A stretch of DNA of 64,000 nt from an uncultured Candidatus Binatia bacterium (GTDB lineage: Bacteria; Desulfobacterota; Binatia; Bin18). This document shows positions 29,057-38,543 of the stretch, piece after piece (within the stretch, counting starts at the first letter, position 1; every line of letters begins with the position of its first letter). The notes beneath the pieces were generated by a model that had not been told where the DNA came from, did not search any database, and saw only the letters and a list, made by a program, of their open reading frames with translations. A program made the translations under genes and the position numbers. The DNA lies in assembly GCA_965200965.1 (NCBI GenBank), contig OZ241744.1, positions 3,360,001 to 3,424,000 on the forward strand, given 5' to 3'.

Positions 29057-30550
29057 TTACAAATCCGTTCGGAGAGATAGCGTCCCGGAATTGGCTTGCC
29101 CCGTGGTTGAGGAGACGCCATTTCCGAGTCTGGGGATAATCAGGGGTTCCTCGTCCGCTGTTCCCAGGGCTTCGGACAGGCCAGCCAGATAAAACGTGCC
29201 CACAAGGGCCGATGTGATGGCATCGAGTTCGTCATGCGTCACGTTGTGTGTCTCGTAATCACCCCGTATGCCAAATTCCCACAAGCCCGCCTTCAGCCAC
29301 TCCGGGCCGGCACCCTTGCGGGGGATACGCATGATATCTTGCGCCGCGCCGGGATAGCTCTCAATCACCTGAACATCATGCTCACGGAGTGTGCGGGCGA
29401 GTCGGATCCCTCTTGCCGTGAGTTTCTGCATGCTCGGGATAAGACAGGGATAGACATTGATACCGCGTCGCCTGAGCTCGCGTTCGCATTCGCGCGTGAT
29501 TCCAAATTCCGTCCGACCGGGGTCGTCATCCCCAACGGCAGCACGGCCAGCCGGAAGACATAAAGGGGAGTCGATAGAAACGAGACGTGGACAGGCCCGT
29601 ATCGTTTTTTCGATCAATGCGTCGTCCGAGAACACTGGCGCTACCTGCGCTTGCGATCCATCCAGAAGGCACCAACCGCTGGCCCGTTCCTCGGAGCCGG
29701 TAAGATCGATTCCAACGATTCGAAGTCTTGAGAGAGGACCGGGGCTGAACAGATCAGAGAACCGGAAGCGTCCCTGCATCAACTCACCAGATGGCATGGG
29801 AAGGCTCGGCAGCGTCTGCCAGTCCTGCGGTGCCGACCAGTCTCGAAAACATACATTCTTGGAAAACAACTCCAGTTGCGTGCCAAGTCGAGAGACCACC
29901 TCGTCAAATATCGCTCCCATGGCTGCGATGTCGGCCCGGTTGTAGCGAATGAGCTTTTGGAGGGCGTCTTGATCGCCACGAACATACCGATGCCAAAGCA
30001 CGACGGCCGCAGCGCCGTCCAGGCTGGTCAAATCGTTTCGAAAGCCGATACCCAACGCTTTTTCGATGGCCTTTTGCCCACCTGTCAAACCGACGCGGCG
30101 GCAAAGATACATCAGGTCAATATGCGGCTCGGGCAGAACGATCTCGGGAAATTCCCGTGTAATGAACTTGGCGTCGAAGCGGATCCCGTTGAAGGTAACC
30201 AGAGCCTTTGCGCGCGCGGCGTCCTCTTGTAACTGTCTCGGAGCTTGCCCCTTGATGATCGTTTTCGCATGACCTCCAAAAGACCATCCGATGACGGTAA
30301 TCTCGTCATAATAATGGCTGAGGCCGGTCGTCTCAATATCGAGAAAAAGAATGTCCTCGGGAGAATCAACACAGGTAGCGAACTGGCGTCGCAATTTTTG
30401 CCGGATGGTACGAGGCGTAACTGAGCGCTCTTTCCTGCCTGTTCTCCTTGGTTCCTTTGCCTGATCGGGCGGATTGCCGACGCCGGGAAGGCTGAGGGCG
30501 GCCTGTCCGCCGGTACCCTCAATGGAACTCTCAGGCCACGTTTGCGCCAC
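29057..30550 (-). CDS. RNase H-like (YprB/RNase_H_2) exonuclease fused to DUF429 predicted nuclease
   Basis: LFLDIETTGL, VTFNGIRFD, HIDL, YNRAD (DEDDy-like), then IVGIDLTG, VSIDSPL, RECEREL, VIESYP, DELDAI. Confidence 0.88.
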   Translation of the reverse strand: MAQTWPESSIEGTGGQAALSLPGVGNPPDQAKEPRRTGRKERSVTPRTIRQKLRRQFATCVDSPEDILFLDIETTGLSHYYDEITVIGWSFGGHAKTIIKGQAPRQLQEDAARAKALVTFNGIRFDAKFITREFPEIVLPEPHIDLMYLCRRVGLTGGQKAIEKALGIGFRNDLTSLDGAAAVVLWHRYVRGDQDALQKLIRYNRADIAAMGAIFDEVVSRLGTQLELFSKNVCFRDWSAPQDWQTLPSLPMPSGELMQGRFRFSDLFSPGPLSRLRIVGIDLTGSEERASGWCLLDGSQAQVAPVFSDDALIEKTIRACPRLVSIDSPLCLPAGRAAVGDDDPGRTEFGITRECERELRRRGINVYPCLIPSMQKLTARGIRLARTLREHDVQVIESYPGAAQDIMRIPRKGAGPEWLKAGLWEFGIRGDYETHNVTHDELDAITSALVGTFYLAGLSEALGTADEEPLIIPRLGNGVSSTTGQANSGTLSLRTDL

Positions 30551-30632
30551 GCTGCTTTTTCCTCCCTGTCTGCGGCTCCCCGTAGTCTAGCAAAGCTGTC
30601 AAGGAAAAGGAACGCGGCCCGGGTGCCGGGGA
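30503..30632. repeat. Diverged direct repeat, right copy
   Basis: Partner of 26856-26990; includes the GGAGG RBS and first 16 codons of the exonuclease ORF. Confidence 0.8.
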
Positions 30633-30707
30633 AGCTCGGAATTGACAAAACTGTGAGGTTCAGCGTAGCCTTCTTGCGCCTACGCCAACTGCACTGAGGA
30701 GGGGGAT

Positions 30708-32519
30708 ATGCAGCCACAGCAATTGATTCGGCTTTCCGCGGCGTTTCTCGTGTTTGGATTCATGCTCGGAGTCCTGCCCGGTCAGCGCGCCAGCGCTCAA
30801 GGCTTGACCGAGATGCAGCAGGACTCTGGGCAGTGGGTCTTGCCCGGGAAGGATTATGCCCTGACCCGTCATAGCCCGCTGACCCAGATCACCAGGGATA
30901 ACGTCGCAAATCTCAAGGCGGCCTGGACCTTCTCGACCGGAGTCCTGCGTGGCCATGAGGGCGCTCCGCTGGTCGTCGGCAGCATGATGTATGTGGTCAC
31001 GCCTTTTCCCAACATTGTCTATGCCCTGGACCTGAGCAAGCCGGGACCGGCGATGCAATGGAAATATGCGCCTGAGCAGGACGAGGCGGCTATTCCGGTT
31101 GCCTGCTGTGACACGGTCAACCGTGGGGCTGCCTACGCCGAGGGCAAAATCTTCTTCAATCAGCTCGACGCCCATACGGTTGCCCTGGATGCCGAGACCG
31201 GCGAAGAGGTGTGGAAGGTCAAACAGGGCGATATCGGCCAGGGCCAGACGATCACGATGGCACCCCTGGTAATTCGGGACAAGGTCCTGACCGGCATCAG
31301 CGGCGGGGAATTTGGCGTGCGCGGCTTTGTCACCGCCAATGATATCAACACCGGCGAGCAGGTGTGGCGGGCCTACAGCACCGGGCCTGATTCCGAAGTG
31401 CTCATCGGCGCAGGTTTTTCGCCGACCTACGCCTCACACCAGGGCAAAGACCTGGGGGTGTCAACCTGGAAAGGCGAGGAGTGGAAGCGCGGCGGCGGCA
31501 CGACCTGGGGCTGGTACAGCTACGACCCGGAGTTGGACCTGTTCTATTATGGCACGGGTAACCCGGGTGCCTGGAATCCCGATCAACGGCCGGGCGAGAA
31601 CAAGTGGTCAATGACGCTGTTTGCCCGCAACCCTGACACCGGCATGGCCAAATGGGCGTATCAAATGACCCCCCACGACGCCTGGGACTATGACGGCGTC
31701 AATGAGAGTATCCTGATTGATCTGCCGGGCACGAACGGCAGCGCTGCCCGGAAGGTCTTGATCCATTTTGACCGCAACGGCTTTGCCTATGTGCTTGACC
31801 GCGCCACCGGCCGGCTGCTCAGCGCCAAGCCCTTCGGACATGTGAACTGGGCCAGTGGCGTTGATCTGGAGACCGGGCTGCCGATTGAAAACCCGGACAA
31901 GCGCACCCGGCAGGGGGAGAATGTGACCGATATCTGCCCGGCGGCGATGGGTGCCAAGGATCAGCAGCCAGCCGCGTATTCGCCCAAGACGGGCCTGCTG
32001 TATGTGCCGACCAACAACCTGTGTATGGAATACGAGGGGATGCAGGTGAACTACATGGCCGGCGTGCCTTATGTGGGGGCGATTGTGAAGATGTCACCTG
32101 GACCGGGCGGACACCGGGGCGAGTTTCTGGCCTGGGACCCGGTAGCGGGTGAGAAAAAATGGGGCATCAAAGAAAAGTGGGCGGCCTGGAGCGGCGCGCT
32201 GTCCACTGCCGGCGATGTGGTGTTCTACGGCACGATGGACGGCTGGTTCAAGGCGGTTGACGCCACCAATGGCGAGGAGTTGTGGAAGTTCAAAACCGGC
32301 TCGGGCATTATTGGCGCACCCATGACCTATCTCGGCCCGGACGGCAAACAATATGTCGCTGTGCTGTCCGGTATTGGCGGCTGGTCCGGCCTGGTGGTTG
32401 CGGGTGATCTGGCCACCGACGACCCGACCGCGGCGCTGGGAGCGGTCGGTGCCTTTAGTGATCTGGGCCAGGACACCAACAAAGGCGGGATGCTGTACGT
32501 TTTCGGGCTTGATTCATAG
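30708..32519 (+). CDS. xoxF: PQQ-dependent methanol dehydrogenase, lanthanide-type XoxF
   Basis: Signal peptide, RGHEGAP, vicinal CCD, GGEFGVRG, WDYDGVNE (extra Asp lanthanide ligand). Confidence 0.9.
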   Translation: MQPQQLIRLSAAFLVFGFMLGVLPGQRASAQGLTEMQQDSGQWVLPGKDYALTRHSPLTQITRDNVANLKAAWTFSTGVLRGHEGAPLVVGSMMYVVTPFPNIVYALDLSKPGPAMQWKYAPEQDEAAIPVACCDTVNRGAAYAEGKIFFNQLDAHTVALDAETGEEVWKVKQGDIGQGQTITMAPLVIRDKVLTGISGGEFGVRGFVTANDINTGEQVWRAYSTGPDSEVLIGAGFSPTYASHQGKDLGVSTWKGEEWKRGGGTTWGWYSYDPELDLFYYGTGNPGAWNPDQRPGENKWSMTLFARNPDTGMAKWAYQMTPHDAWDYDGVNESILIDLPGTNGSAARKVLIHFDRNGFAYVLDRATGRLLSAKPFGHVNWASGVDLETGLPIENPDKRTRQGENVTDICPAAMGAKDQQPAAYSPKTGLLYVPTNNLCMEYEGMQVNYMAGVPYVGAIVKMSPGPGGHRGEFLAWDPVAGEKKWGIKEKWAAWSGALSTAGDVVFYGTMDGWFKAVDATNGEELWKFKTGSGIIGAPMTYLGPDGKQYVAVLSGIGGWSGLVVAGDLATDDPTAALGAVGAFSDLGQDTNKGGMLYVFGLDS

Positions 32520-32525
32520 CTCGGT

Positions 32526-32555
32526 CCGCCCCCCTCCTGTGGGACGAGGGGGTGG
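32526..32555 (+). terminator. GC-rich hairpin after xoxF
   Basis: CCGCCCCCCTC...GAGGGGGTGG inverted repeat; no U-tract, so possibly an mRNA-stabilising stem. Confidence 0.35.
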
Positions 32556-32588
32556 AGTCAGCCCACTTGGCCCTCCTGTCATCGTCTC

Positions 32589-33836
32589 ATGCTGTCTCGG
32601 AGCTATTCAGCCACCCGGGTTTCTTTCCCGCGCCGCCTCCTGTTCGCCGGGCTGGGGGCGTTTTGCGGGGTCTTCCTGTTCGTCACGCTTGGCTGGAGTG
32701 AGGAGGCTGTCGGCTTACGGGTGTGTGCCGACCCGAACAACCTGCCCTTCTCGAACCGGCAGGGCCAGGGCTTTGAGAACACAATCGCCGAGTTGCTGGC
32801 CAAGGAGCGGGGGGGTGCCGTGGCCTATACCTGGTGGCCGCAGCGCCGCGGTTTTCTGCGTGGCACGCTGAACGCCGGTCGGTGTGAGGTGGTCATGGGC
32901 GTCCCGGCCAAGTATGAGTCAGTGCTTACCACCCGGCCCTACTACCAGTCCACCTACGCCTTTGTGTATCGGCCCGACGCCGACTATCGCTTGGCTTCCC
33001 TGGACGACGCGGCGCTGCGCAGCCTGCGTATCGGCGTACATCTGATTGGCGACGACTACACCAACAGTCCGCCGGCCCACGCCCTCAGCCAGCGCGGGCT
33101 GGTCGAGAACGTGGTCGGCTACAGCGTGTACGGCAATTACGCCGAGGACAGCCCGCCCGGCAAAATTGTGGCTGCGGTTGCCGCCGGCGAGATTGATACC
33201 GCTCTGGTCTGGGGACCGATTGCCGGCTATTTCGCTCAGCGTTACACCCCACCCCTGCGGGTGACGCCGCTGCCGGCAGACGCCGGTTCGGCCCGGCTGC
33301 CGTTTCGCTACGGCATAGCCGTGGGCGTCCGTCGCGGCAACCAGGCCCTCAAAGCAGAGCTGGACGCCCTGCTGACTCGTCATGCCGGGCCGATCCGGGC
33401 CATTCTGCACGACTACGGAGTGCCCCTGTCGGGCGGGGAGGAGTCCGCCCATGCGCCGACCCCGGATGCCTCCAGACAAACCGCCCAACTGAAGACGCCG
33501 CCAGCCGTGGCAGCCTCCAGCGACGAGTTGGCAGGCACCGCCAAAAATCCCTTTACCGGCGACCCAAGGGCCATTGCCGAGGGCAAAGAGTATTACAAGA
33601 TGCTGAACTGCTACGGCTGTCACGGAATGCGCGGTGGAGGAGGCATGGGGCCGAGCATCAACGATGCCAAGTGGAGCGTTGGCAGGGGGACAGACGCCGA
33701 TGTGATGCAGCAGATCATGGAAGGGCGGGGCAAGATGCCGTCGTTCAAAGATTCGATTGAGCCGGAGCAGGCCTGGAAGATCATCGCCTATGTGCGGTCC
33801 CTGTACACAGGCAGGCCAGAGAAAGTGACTTGGTAG
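32589..33836 (+). CDS. XoxJ/MxaJ-type substrate-binding protein fused to C-terminal cytochrome c (XoxG-like)
   Basis: LRVCADPNNLPFSN, YTWWPQRRGF, VWGPIAGY; then NPF...CYGCHG...GGGMGPS...GKMPSF. Confidence 0.88.
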   Translation: MLSRSYSATRVSFPRRLLFAGLGAFCGVFLFVTLGWSEEAVGLRVCADPNNLPFSNRQGQGFENTIAELLAKERGGAVAYTWWPQRRGFLRGTLNAGRCEVVMGVPAKYESVLTTRPYYQSTYAFVYRPDADYRLASLDDAALRSLRIGVHLIGDDYTNSPPAHALSQRGLVENVVGYSVYGNYAEDSPPGKIVAAVAAGEIDTALVWGPIAGYFAQRYTPPLRVTPLPADAGSARLPFRYGIAVGVRRGNQALKAELDALLTRHAGPIRAILHDYGVPLSGGEESAHAPTPDASRQTAQLKTPPAVAASSDELAGTAKNPFTGDPRAIAEGKEYYKMLNCYGCHGMRGGGGMGPSINDAKWSVGRGTDADVMQQIMEGRGKMPSFKDSIEPEQAWKIIAYVRSLYTGRPEKVTW

Positions 33837-33940
33837 GGGGTCATCTGTGAAACGCCCCAGTGTGGCTTGCACGACCCCAGGGAAACAGGATATACCCCAG
33901 CCATGCTTCCATACTCCATTCCCGCAGACAGGAGATCGTT

Positions 33941-34591
33941 ATGAAGCTCGTCAACTCACTCGGTCCCAACCCCCGCTGTGTCCGCATGTTTATGGCTGAA
34001 AAAGACCTGACCCTGGAAACCATTGAACTTGATATCCAGGGCGGTGATAACCGCCGGCCGCCGTATACCGACAACAATCCCGGCGGCCAGATGCCGTCGC
34101 TCGAACTTGAGGACGGGAGTTACCTGGCTGAGACGGTGGCGATTTGCGAATATCTGGAAGACCTGTATCCGACCCCGGCTCTGATCGGCAGTACGCCCCA
34201 GGAAAAGGCCCAGACCCGGATGTGGCAACGGCGGGTTGAGCTGAATATCACCGAGCACCTGTATAACGGCTTTCGCTACGCCGAAGGCTTTGAGATGTTC
34301 AAAGAACGGCTGCACTGTCTGCCCGAAGCCGCGGCCGGCCTCAAGCAGATTGTCCAGGAAAAACTCGCCTGGCTCGACGGCTTGATGGCCGGCAAGTCGT
34401 TCATCGTGGGCGAGCGCTTTACGGTGGCCGATATTATTCTGTACAGTGCGCTTGACTTTGGAGCCGGGGTCGGCCAGACGATCAGCCCCCAGCTCAGCAA
34501 CATGACCGCCTGGTTTGAGCGGCTCGCCGCCCGGCCCAGCGCCGATGCCAGCCTGCACGAAAAGGCCCGAGGCAGGCTGCGGGGCGCGTAG
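33941..34591 (+). CDS. Glutathione S-transferase family protein
   Basis: SLGPNPRCVRMF, NPGGQMPSLEL, ETVAICEYLE, FTVADI. Confidence 0.92.
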   Translation: MKLVNSLGPNPRCVRMFMAEKDLTLETIELDIQGGDNRRPPYTDNNPGGQMPSLELEDGSYLAETVAICEYLEDLYPTPALIGSTPQEKAQTRMWQRRVELNITEHLYNGFRYAEGFEMFKERLHCLPEAAAGLKQIVQEKLAWLDGLMAGKSFIVGERFTVADIILYSALDFGAGVGQTISPQLSNMTAWFERLAARPSADASLHEKARGRLRGA

Positions 34592-34618
34592 GGCAAACCC
34601 GTGGCCCGACTGCTGCCC

Positions 34619-35548
34619 TCAGCGTTGGTCCGCTTGTTTGGGGGCTTGAGTGCGGGGTGTTTTGTGTGGCGGCTCAGCCGGGTAATAGCTCAGCGTCCGA
34701 TGAACCACCTCTGAGGGCTCGAGCCTGCCGGTTTGGCCGTCGCCGACCCAATCGGCAATCATTTTCCTGGTCCAGTTCCCCCGCTCGTCAAACTCGTAGC
34801 GATAGACCTGCCGGCCGGCCAGGCTGCCGTCGGGATGATAGGCCAGCCATTCGGTTCGGTTTCGCGTGTCGTCATAGCGATACACCCAGCGGGAGGACAG
34901 CGCGTCTTGACGGTCGTACACTTCGATGGTGGTCAGGTTGCCCCGCTCGTCATAGGCGTACACATTGCGTGACACGGGCTTGCGTTCGTCGTCAACCCAG
35001 CTGCGCTCAAGCATCCGGCCGGCCGCGTCGTAGCGATACACGGCGCGGCCAAAAAAAGTCTCGTCCTTATCCTGACTGACCGACTCAACGGGTTTGGGTG
35101 TTGTGCCGTTATAGCGGAAGAGTTCTCTGGACAGGAGCGTTCCATCGGCCTCGTAGCGCACGGCCGCGGTTATCGCCCCGCGTTCGTCATAGGTCCAGAC
35201 CAAGCGGTGCCACAGGGAGCCGTCCGGGCCGTAGACGATCTCCTGGCTGGGCTGACCGCCCTGACTGTAGCTGCGCACTGTGCGCTGAAAGGGGCTGCCG
35301 TCGGGGTTATACAAGACTTGCTCGACCAAGCGGCCGGCGCGGTCATAGGTGTCAACTTGTCCCTGGCCACGGACGCCTTCGACCCACTCCCCATCCTGGC
35401 GAACATACTGGGCGGTTTCACTCCTCACACTGCGGACCGCCCCGTGCAGTCTGGCCTGTTCCCGGGTGTGTTCGTGCCCGCCCTCGGGCGAGATACCCGC
35501 CAGCGCCGTAAACAGCACCGGTAAGAGCAAGATGCTTGCTGTGCCCAT
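34619..35548 (-). CDS. Secreted YD/RHS-like repeat protein
   Basis: Signal peptide MGTASILLLPVLF; LHGAVRSV; repeated YxYDxxG units of about 24 aa; ends RTLSYY. Confidence 0.75.
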   Translation of the reverse strand: MGTASILLLPVLFTALAGISPEGGHEHTREQARLHGAVRSVRSETAQYVRQDGEWVEGVRGQGQVDTYDRAGRLVEQVLYNPDGSPFQRTVRSYSQGGQPSQEIVYGPDGSLWHRLVWTYDERGAITAAVRYEADGTLLSRELFRYNGTTPKPVESVSQDKDETFFGRAVYRYDAAGRMLERSWVDDERKPVSRNVYAYDERGNLTTIEVYDRQDALSSRWVYRYDDTRNRTEWLAYHPDGSLAGRQVYRYEFDERGNWTRKMIADWVGDGQTGRLEPSEVVHRTLSYYPAEPPHKTPRTQAPKQADQR

Positions 35549-35662
35549 CGTGTGTGCCCGCCGCCTTTCCTGCTGCTGGCAGCATAACACAAAGCAATTC
35601 TTTTCTCTGCTTGACTGTGTTCCGCTCTCGGCAGGATAATCGGTCGTCAGGAGGATGAGACT

Positions 35663-36442
35663 ATGCGTGAAAATCAGCTCAAGAACACCCTCAAGGCGGG
35701 TGACGTGGCGCTGGGGACTCTGCTGTGGGAGGTGCGCGGTCGGGGGGTGCTGCATACCCTGGCCGCGGCTGGGATGGATTTTGTCATGATCTGCAGCGAG
35801 CACTCGGCCTATAACCTGGAGACGGTGGTGGAGCTGGTACACCAGGCCCACGCCGCGGGGCTCAGCCCGGTGGTGCGTATTCCTGACCTGGAATATGAAC
35901 ACGTCACCCGACTGCTGGACTCGGGCTGCCAGAGCCTGATCGCGCCCCACATCAAAACCGGGGACGAGGTCCGCCATTTCATTGAAATGGCCAAATATCA
36001 TCCCCAGGGAAAGCGCGGGGTGGCCATTTATCTGGGTGCCAGCACCGATTACGAGGACATTGATGCGGTGCTGGCTATGGCCCACGCCAATGCCAATACC
36101 CTGCTGGGAGTCATTGTTGAGACGGCGCAGGCGGTTGAAAACCTGGACGACATTTTGCAGCCTGGCCTTGATCTGGCTCTGGTCGGTACCCAAGACCTGG
36201 CTCACAGCCTGGGGTTTCCGGGCGAGTTTGATCGACCGGAACTGCGCGACATACTCGGCCGGGTGCGGACGCTGTGCAGGGAACGCGGGATTGCCACCGC
36301 GGGGGCGCTGACCAGACCGGACGCCGTTCAGGCCGTTATTGACAGCGGGGCCCAGTATATTCTGTACGGCACCGATCTGGTCTTACTCAGACAGGCCGCG
36401 CTCGGGGCCGCCCACGCCCTGGCCCCGTTTCGGAAACAGTAG
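35663..36442 (+). CDS. HpcH/HpaI aldolase family protein
   Basis: GMDFVMICSEH, VVRIP, KYHPQGKRG, IVETAQAVENLDDI, VGTQDL. Confidence 0.9.
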   Translation: MRENQLKNTLKAGDVALGTLLWEVRGRGVLHTLAAAGMDFVMICSEHSAYNLETVVELVHQAHAAGLSPVVRIPDLEYEHVTRLLDSGCQSLIAPHIKTGDEVRHFIEMAKYHPQGKRGVAIYLGASTDYEDIDAVLAMAHANANTLLGVIVETAQAVENLDDILQPGLDLALVGTQDLAHSLGFPGEFDRPELRDILGRVRTLCRERGIATAGALTRPDAVQAVIDSGAQYILYGTDLVLLRQAALGAAHALAPFRKQ

Positions 36443-36547
36443 ACCCGCCCGGCTCGGGCTGGCCCTTTACCGCCCGCCCCCGTATGCGCTAAGAGGGAGG
36501 GCGTAGCCGAGAACGGACACGCGCATCGTTTTCTGGAGGAGGTCGTT

Positions 36548-37657
36548 ATGAAGTTTGGTATTTTTTATGAACTGTCTGTGCCGCGTCCCTGGGACCGGGA
36601 ATCTGAGCGGACCGTGTATCTGAACGCCCTGGAACAAGTCCGGCTGGCCGATGAGTTGGGCTTTGATCAGGTCTGGGCGGTGGAGCACCATTTTCTGGAA
36701 GAATACTCGCACTGCGCCGCGCCCGAGCTGTTCCTGACCGCGTGCGCGATGCAGACCACGCAGATCAATGTTGGCCACGGCATTGTCATCTGTGTGCCGG
36801 AGTTCAATCATCCGATTCGGATTGCCGAGCGCGCCGCAGCCCTCGACATTCTGTCGGGTGGGCGCTTACAGTTTGGGACGGGCCGTTCAGCGACATGGAC
36901 GGAGTTGGGTGGATTTGGGGCCAACCCGGACGATACCAAGAAAAGCTGGGACGAGTTTGTGCATTGCATTCCCAAAATGTGGATGCAGGAGCGTTTCAGC
37001 TATCACGGCAAGTATTTCTCCATGCCGTCCCGGGCCGTGCTGCCCAAACCATATCAGAAGCCCCACCCGCCGATGTGGGTGGCAGTGACCAGTCCGGGCA
37101 CCGAACTTGACGCCGCGGACCGCGGCATCGGCAGCCTCGGGGTGACGTTTACCACGTTTGCCGAGCAAGAGGCTAAGGTCAAAGAGTATCGGCGGCGGAT
37201 CCGGAACTGTAATCCGGTTGGCGGCTTTGTGAACAACCAGGTCAATACGGTCAACTTCCTGTACTGCCACGAAGACGACGAGGTCGGGGCCACAACCGGG
37301 ATGCGGATGATTCAGCATTTCAATTATCTGGCTGCCCAGCTCGATATGGCCAAAGAAGCCTACCCGGCCAAGTCCTATCCATCGGCGGGGCTGCTGCCGT
37401 CGCTGCGCCGCCAGGCTTCGAGTCCAGGTGAACATAACGCAGCCCCGGAGGGGATTGCGGTCGGCAACCCGGCCCATCTGATTCGGGAGTTGAAAAAGTG
37501 GGAAGCCTGCGGGGTGGACCGGGTCGGCTTTATGCTCAACGCGGCCGAGATCATTCCTCAGCAGCAGGTGCTCGATAGCCTGCGGCTGTTTGCCACCGAG
37601 GTCATGCCGGCCTTTGCCGACTCGTCGGCCAGCGTGGCGAGTGGAGGAGTGAGCTGA
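36548..37657 (+). CDS. LLM-class flavin-dependent oxidoreductase
   Basis: ADELGFDQVWAVEHHFLEEYSH, LDILSGGRLQFGTGRS, PKPYQKPHPP. Confidence 0.92.
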   Translation: MKFGIFYELSVPRPWDRESERTVYLNALEQVRLADELGFDQVWAVEHHFLEEYSHCAAPELFLTACAMQTTQINVGHGIVICVPEFNHPIRIAERAAALDILSGGRLQFGTGRSATWTELGGFGANPDDTKKSWDEFVHCIPKMWMQERFSYHGKYFSMPSRAVLPKPYQKPHPPMWVAVTSPGTELDAADRGIGSLGVTFTTFAEQEAKVKEYRRRIRNCNPVGGFVNNQVNTVNFLYCHEDDEVGATTGMRMIQHFNYLAAQLDMAKEAYPAKSYPSAGLLPSLRRQASSPGEHNAAPEGIAVGNPAHLIRELKKWEACGVDRVGFMLNAAEIIPQQQVLDSLRLFATEVMPAFADSSASVASGGVS

Positions 37658-38415
37658 TGCCGGTGTTTGGAAAACAGGATGTCGAGGCCGCCGCGGCCCG
37701 GGCACCGCTGATGAGCGGGCTTGATACCGACCCGTGGGAACTCAAAGGGGCAGAGATTCTGCAACTGAGTTTTGAGGTTGTTGAAGAGCCGGCCGAATGG
37801 CTGATTGCGCCGGCCCTGCATCCGAGTATCCCGCCCTACGCCACGCTGTCGGTTGCCCGTTTTCCTGACAGCCCGGTCGGGCCGTATGCGCTGGCCCAGG
37901 TCCGGCTGATCGTCCGGGCCGGGATTCGGCCCCGGGGCTATGTTGTCGGTGCGTACACCGATTCCGAGCGGGCCGCGGCTGCACTCCGGGCACGTTGGGG
38001 CTTCGCGCTTGAGCTGGCCACGATCGGCCTTCAGGCGCGTCACGACCGGGTGATTGGGACGGTTGAGCGGGACGGCCGGACGATCTTGGACATGGAGGCC
38101 GAGAATCCGGAATATGTCTCTGGGTCGGATGTCACCTATATTGACAGCCTGCACCTGGTGCGGGTGCATGAGGACGGCCAGGAAAAACCGCTGATCGTTC
38201 AGATTGACCCGGAATATGTCTTTCACACCGCCCAACGCGGAATTCCGCACCTCAAAACGCTCGACGCCGCGGCCTGGGGTGCGGACAGGCGTTTGCAGTG
38301 TACCAATCCGATGACCGCCACATTTACGCGGTGTGACACAGACCTGCCCCGGCTGCGGTTTGTGCTGGATGCCAGCCTGCCGGCCATGCAGGGCAGCCGT
38401 AAACTTGTCGCCTAG
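37657..38415 (+). CDS. Acetoacetate decarboxylase-like family protein
   Basis: LIAPALHP, DSPVGPY, LRARWGF; coupled to the LLM gene. Confidence 0.7.
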   Translation: MPVFGKQDVEAAAARAPLMSGLDTDPWELKGAEILQLSFEVVEEPAEWLIAPALHPSIPPYATLSVARFPDSPVGPYALAQVRLIVRAGIRPRGYVVGAYTDSERAAAALRARWGFALELATIGLQARHDRVIGTVERDGRTILDMEAENPEYVSGSDVTYIDSLHLVRVHEDGQEKPLIVQIDPEYVFHTAQRGIPHLKTLDAAAWGADRRLQCTNPMTATFTRCDTDLPRLRFVLDASLPAMQGSRKLVA

Positions 38416-38543
38416 CGGGCACGCGGCGGTCCTGCCGTCTGTGTCTCAGCCGATGAGCAGTCAGCCGCCGGTCCCCCGGCCCGGCCATTGAGTGCCTTGT
38501 CCAGCGGGCTGCGGCCGACCGCCAATGCAAAAAGGAGAGTCGT

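Noticed and set aside
35549-36205. N-terminal extension of the 528-aa minus-strand ORF
   Set aside because: Antisense to the aldolase gene; a signal peptide starts at 35548.
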